A stretch of DNA of 64,000 nucleotides. It comes from Dictyostelium discoideum (Eukaryota). The DNA is taken from the NCBI GenBank assembly GCA_000004695.1, contig CM000155.2, positions 1,632,001 through 1,696,000 of the forward strand, given 5' to 3'. Shown one piece after another: positions 60,117 to 64,000 of the stretch. The position numbers and the translations under genes were made by a program. How positions within the stretch are numbered: position 1 is the first letter of the stretch; each line of letters starts with the position of its first letter. The notes beneath the pieces are model-generated. The model did no database searches. It was not told where the DNA came from and worked only from the letters and a program-made list of their open reading frames with translations.

Positions 60117-61421
60117 TTAGCAATCTACCGATTCTCCCATTGATAGAGTATTTCCACTAAATGCAAATTCTTTTGAAGGTTTCTTTTCTATTTTATCTGA
60201 ACTACTTATTGTACTCTCTGAATTAATTTTTGCCTTATTTAATAATAAATAACTTGACCAATGTCCATTGGAGAGCACTAACATTACAGATACCTAATTA
60301 ATTAAAATTTAAAAATTAAAATTTTAAATTTAAAATTTAAAATTTAATAATTAAAAAATCAAAAATTATGGATTACTTTATTAATTTAATAATAACTAAA
60401 TAACTACTTACCATTTGGGAAAACTCAATAATACCAGTTACAAATAATTTTAAAAATTGTTTTGAAGTCTGGTATGTGTCTGTATAATATATGTTGAAAA
60501 TAATCTCTTGGATTATAATAAACACAAAAACAAGTATAATTGTTGTAAGTAATATTTTGGTTTTGAAAATCATTAAATCAAAATGTTTCATTGGTGTTAC
60601 TTTTCTATGGATTTTTAAATGTCTAATTAAAACAAATCCATTAAACTAATATTATTATTATTAGTATTCTGGAATTTTTGGAAAAAAAAAAAAAAAAAAA
60701 ACTTACAACAATGATGGAAACAAAAATTATCAAGAGGATTATAAAACCAACAGTATCAACAGTTTCAATATTTTTCTCTAAAGTTATACTTGATACTATT
60801 ATTTGATATACAACAACCAGTGATACGAAAAAATATGTCATAATTCTAATTGGTTTAGTTCTATATTGTCCAATATCATCTGCCACAAAAAGTGAATACA
60901 TTATTAAAAGCCTTTTTTTTTTTTTTTTTTTTTTTATTTTTTTATTTTTTTTTTTTTATTTTGACATTAATAGTTAATATTGTTGGAAAATATTTTTATT
61001 ATTTTTAAATAATAAAAATATACATACCAAAATTGAACTATAAATGTCCATTCAACAAAAATCATAGCTGAACCTAAAGTAAAAAAAAAAAAATTGAGTG
61101 TTCCCATTCCAAGATTTGGATTTGAGTAAAAAAATGCTGTTTGAATTGCTCTAATTAAGATGATTAATTTATGTATTTTTTTTTTTTTTAATATTTGTCG
61201 ATACCATTATTTTTAAAATTACCCACATACCTTAAAACACAAAAAAGGGTAAGGCTAAAAAATACAAAAAATCTTGTTTCTTTTTTTTTATTCCTTAAAT
61301 TTTTTATTTCGAAAATTGTTTGAAATAAATTCATTATAAAAAAAAGTGTATAAATTATAAGCCTTATTCCCATAAAAGAATACAATAACCTATCATATAA
61401 TTTTGATTCAGTAATTGTCAT
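60117..61421 (-). CDS. Predicted seven-transmembrane protein (5-exon model, 309 aa); family not recognised
   Basis: Exons on the - strand: 61231..61421 (donor AG|GTATGT), 61028..61150 (acceptor ttaattag, donor GTATGT; 41 codons absent from the ORF track: AIQTAFFYSNPNLGMGTLNFFFFTLGSAMIFVEWTFIVQF), 60707..60911 (donor GTAAGT), 60412..60645 (donor GTAAGT) and 60117..60293 (...GESVDC*). All phases check and no stop occurs. The product has seven hydrophobic helices followed by a hydrophilic Ser-rich tail. Confidence 0.45.
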
Positions 61422-61427
61422 TTTTTT

Positions 61428-61463
<36 letters not shown>

Positions 61464-61791
61464 AATATAATTTTAAATTTTATGTTATATATAATTTGTG
61501 ATTTTGGTTATGGTTGTAGTGTTGTGAACTTGTCGTCTGATTTCTTTTTTTTTTTCCATATAAAATAAAAAAAAAAAAAAAAAAAAAATTTAAAAATAAA
61601 AATTTAAAAATAAAAAATTAAAAATAAAAAAAAGATTATTTTCAAAATCAAAGCAGTTTTTTATTATAATAAAAACAACACGATATTATGTTTTTTTTCA
61701 TTTTTTTTTTCATTTTTTTTTGTTACTGATTGACATTCGCATCTACTCTTGTGTAGTGCAAAATTCGCTTTTTAAAATTTTCCGTGGTTTT

Positions 61792-61829
<38 letters not shown>

Positions 61830-62637
61830 CTTTTAATAATTTTTTAAATATCCTTTTTTATTTTTAAATAATAATTTTTTAAATATCCTCTATAAAACAT
61901 TTACATATTAATTTTTTTGAAATAATAAAATTTTGGTGTTTAAAAAAAAAAAAAAGTAATCTAAAATAAACTTTTTTTTTTTTTGTTTATTTTTTTATTA
62001 ATTCTTTGAACATGGTAAAAAGTGCAAACTCTTTTGTCCAATCATCTTTGTTTTGAAGTTATTTTTAGATTTTTTTTTTATATGGAATTTGAAATTTTTT
62101 TTTTTTTTTATTTTTTTTTTTAAACCACCAAATCGAGATTTCTATGAAATTATAAATTACCAAACTGTAAATGTTCATATGAAATCCTTATTTCTAATTT
62201 GAAAATATAATAATAAGATATTACTTTCAAAAACATATTTAAAATACTAAAATTATTAATATATTTAATTTATTCTTTCTAATTTTCATTTCAATCAAGT
62301 CGGATTTTTATTTTTTTTTTTTACTTATTTTTTTTATTTATTTATTTTTTTTTTATATTCATTATTATTTTTTATTTATTTGTTTATTATTATTATTTGT
62401 TATTATTTTTAAAGTTTTTAATTTTTAAAATTATTTTATTAACTGAAAAAAAATTAAATTTTGGAGAATTTACTTAAAATAATGAATAATACATTTTTTT
62501 TCCAATTAAAATATTACAATCACTTAAAATAAAAATATTATTAAAAAACTTTTTTTTTTTTTTTTTTATTTTTTTATTTTTTTTTTATTTTTTTATTTTT
62601 TTTTTATTTTTTTTTTATTTTTTTTTTTTTTTAAAAT

Positions 62638-62675
<38 letters not shown>

Positions 62676-62800
62676 CTCAAAAAACCACAAACACCAATAC
62701 ATATAAAAAAAAAAAAATAAAAAAAAAAGGACTTAAACCTAAATATTATACACACAAATATATATATTTAAATATATATATATATATCCAATATATATAA

Positions 62801-64000
<1,200 letters not shown>

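Overview
This window looks like AT-rich (roughly 20-25% GC) nuclear DNA of Dictyostelium discoideum. The evidence is poly-Asn/Gln coding microsatellites, short AT-rich introns with GTAAGT/GTATGT donors and (T)nAG acceptors, and a tRNA gene with a TRE-type non-LTR retroelement inserted about 60 bp upstream.

It is a gene-dense housekeeping region. I can support about 25 protein-coding genes, many of them multi-exon models assembled by hand from the ORF track. They are: a pfkB/ketohexokinase-like kinase plus a degenerate partial duplicate; GTPBP1; NAD kinase; a CDK-like kinase with a ~1000-aa poly-Asn tail; two tandem flavohemoglobins (fhbA/fhbB type); a SAP-motif protein; GBA2 glucosylceramidase; a Trm9-like methyltransferase; an Ima1/TMEM201-like membrane protein; a SMYD SET/MYND protein; acylaminoacyl-peptidase; an RRM-hotdog acyl-CoA thioesterase; the proteasome ATPase Rpt6/psmC5; ribosomal protein eL6; a cathepsin B-like protease; ES2/DGCR14; NOL10; KRI1; APC7; a 3-RRM ELAV-like protein; a 5-exon 7-TM protein missed by the ORF track; and the 5' part of the Atg1/ULK kinase. 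There is one tRNA-Cys(GCA) and one 5'-truncated retrotransposon.

I found no prokaryotic-style defence system and no CRISPR. The most unusual things are:
- a pair of GC-rich CACGTG-containing motifs that recurs in two unrelated intergenic regions;
- an rpl6 start codon split by an intron;
- the tandem bacterial-type flavohemoglobins, with a perfect 39-bp tandem duplication between them;
- an RRM fused to a tandem-hotdog thioesterase;
- several gene models that need ORFs to be merged across introns.
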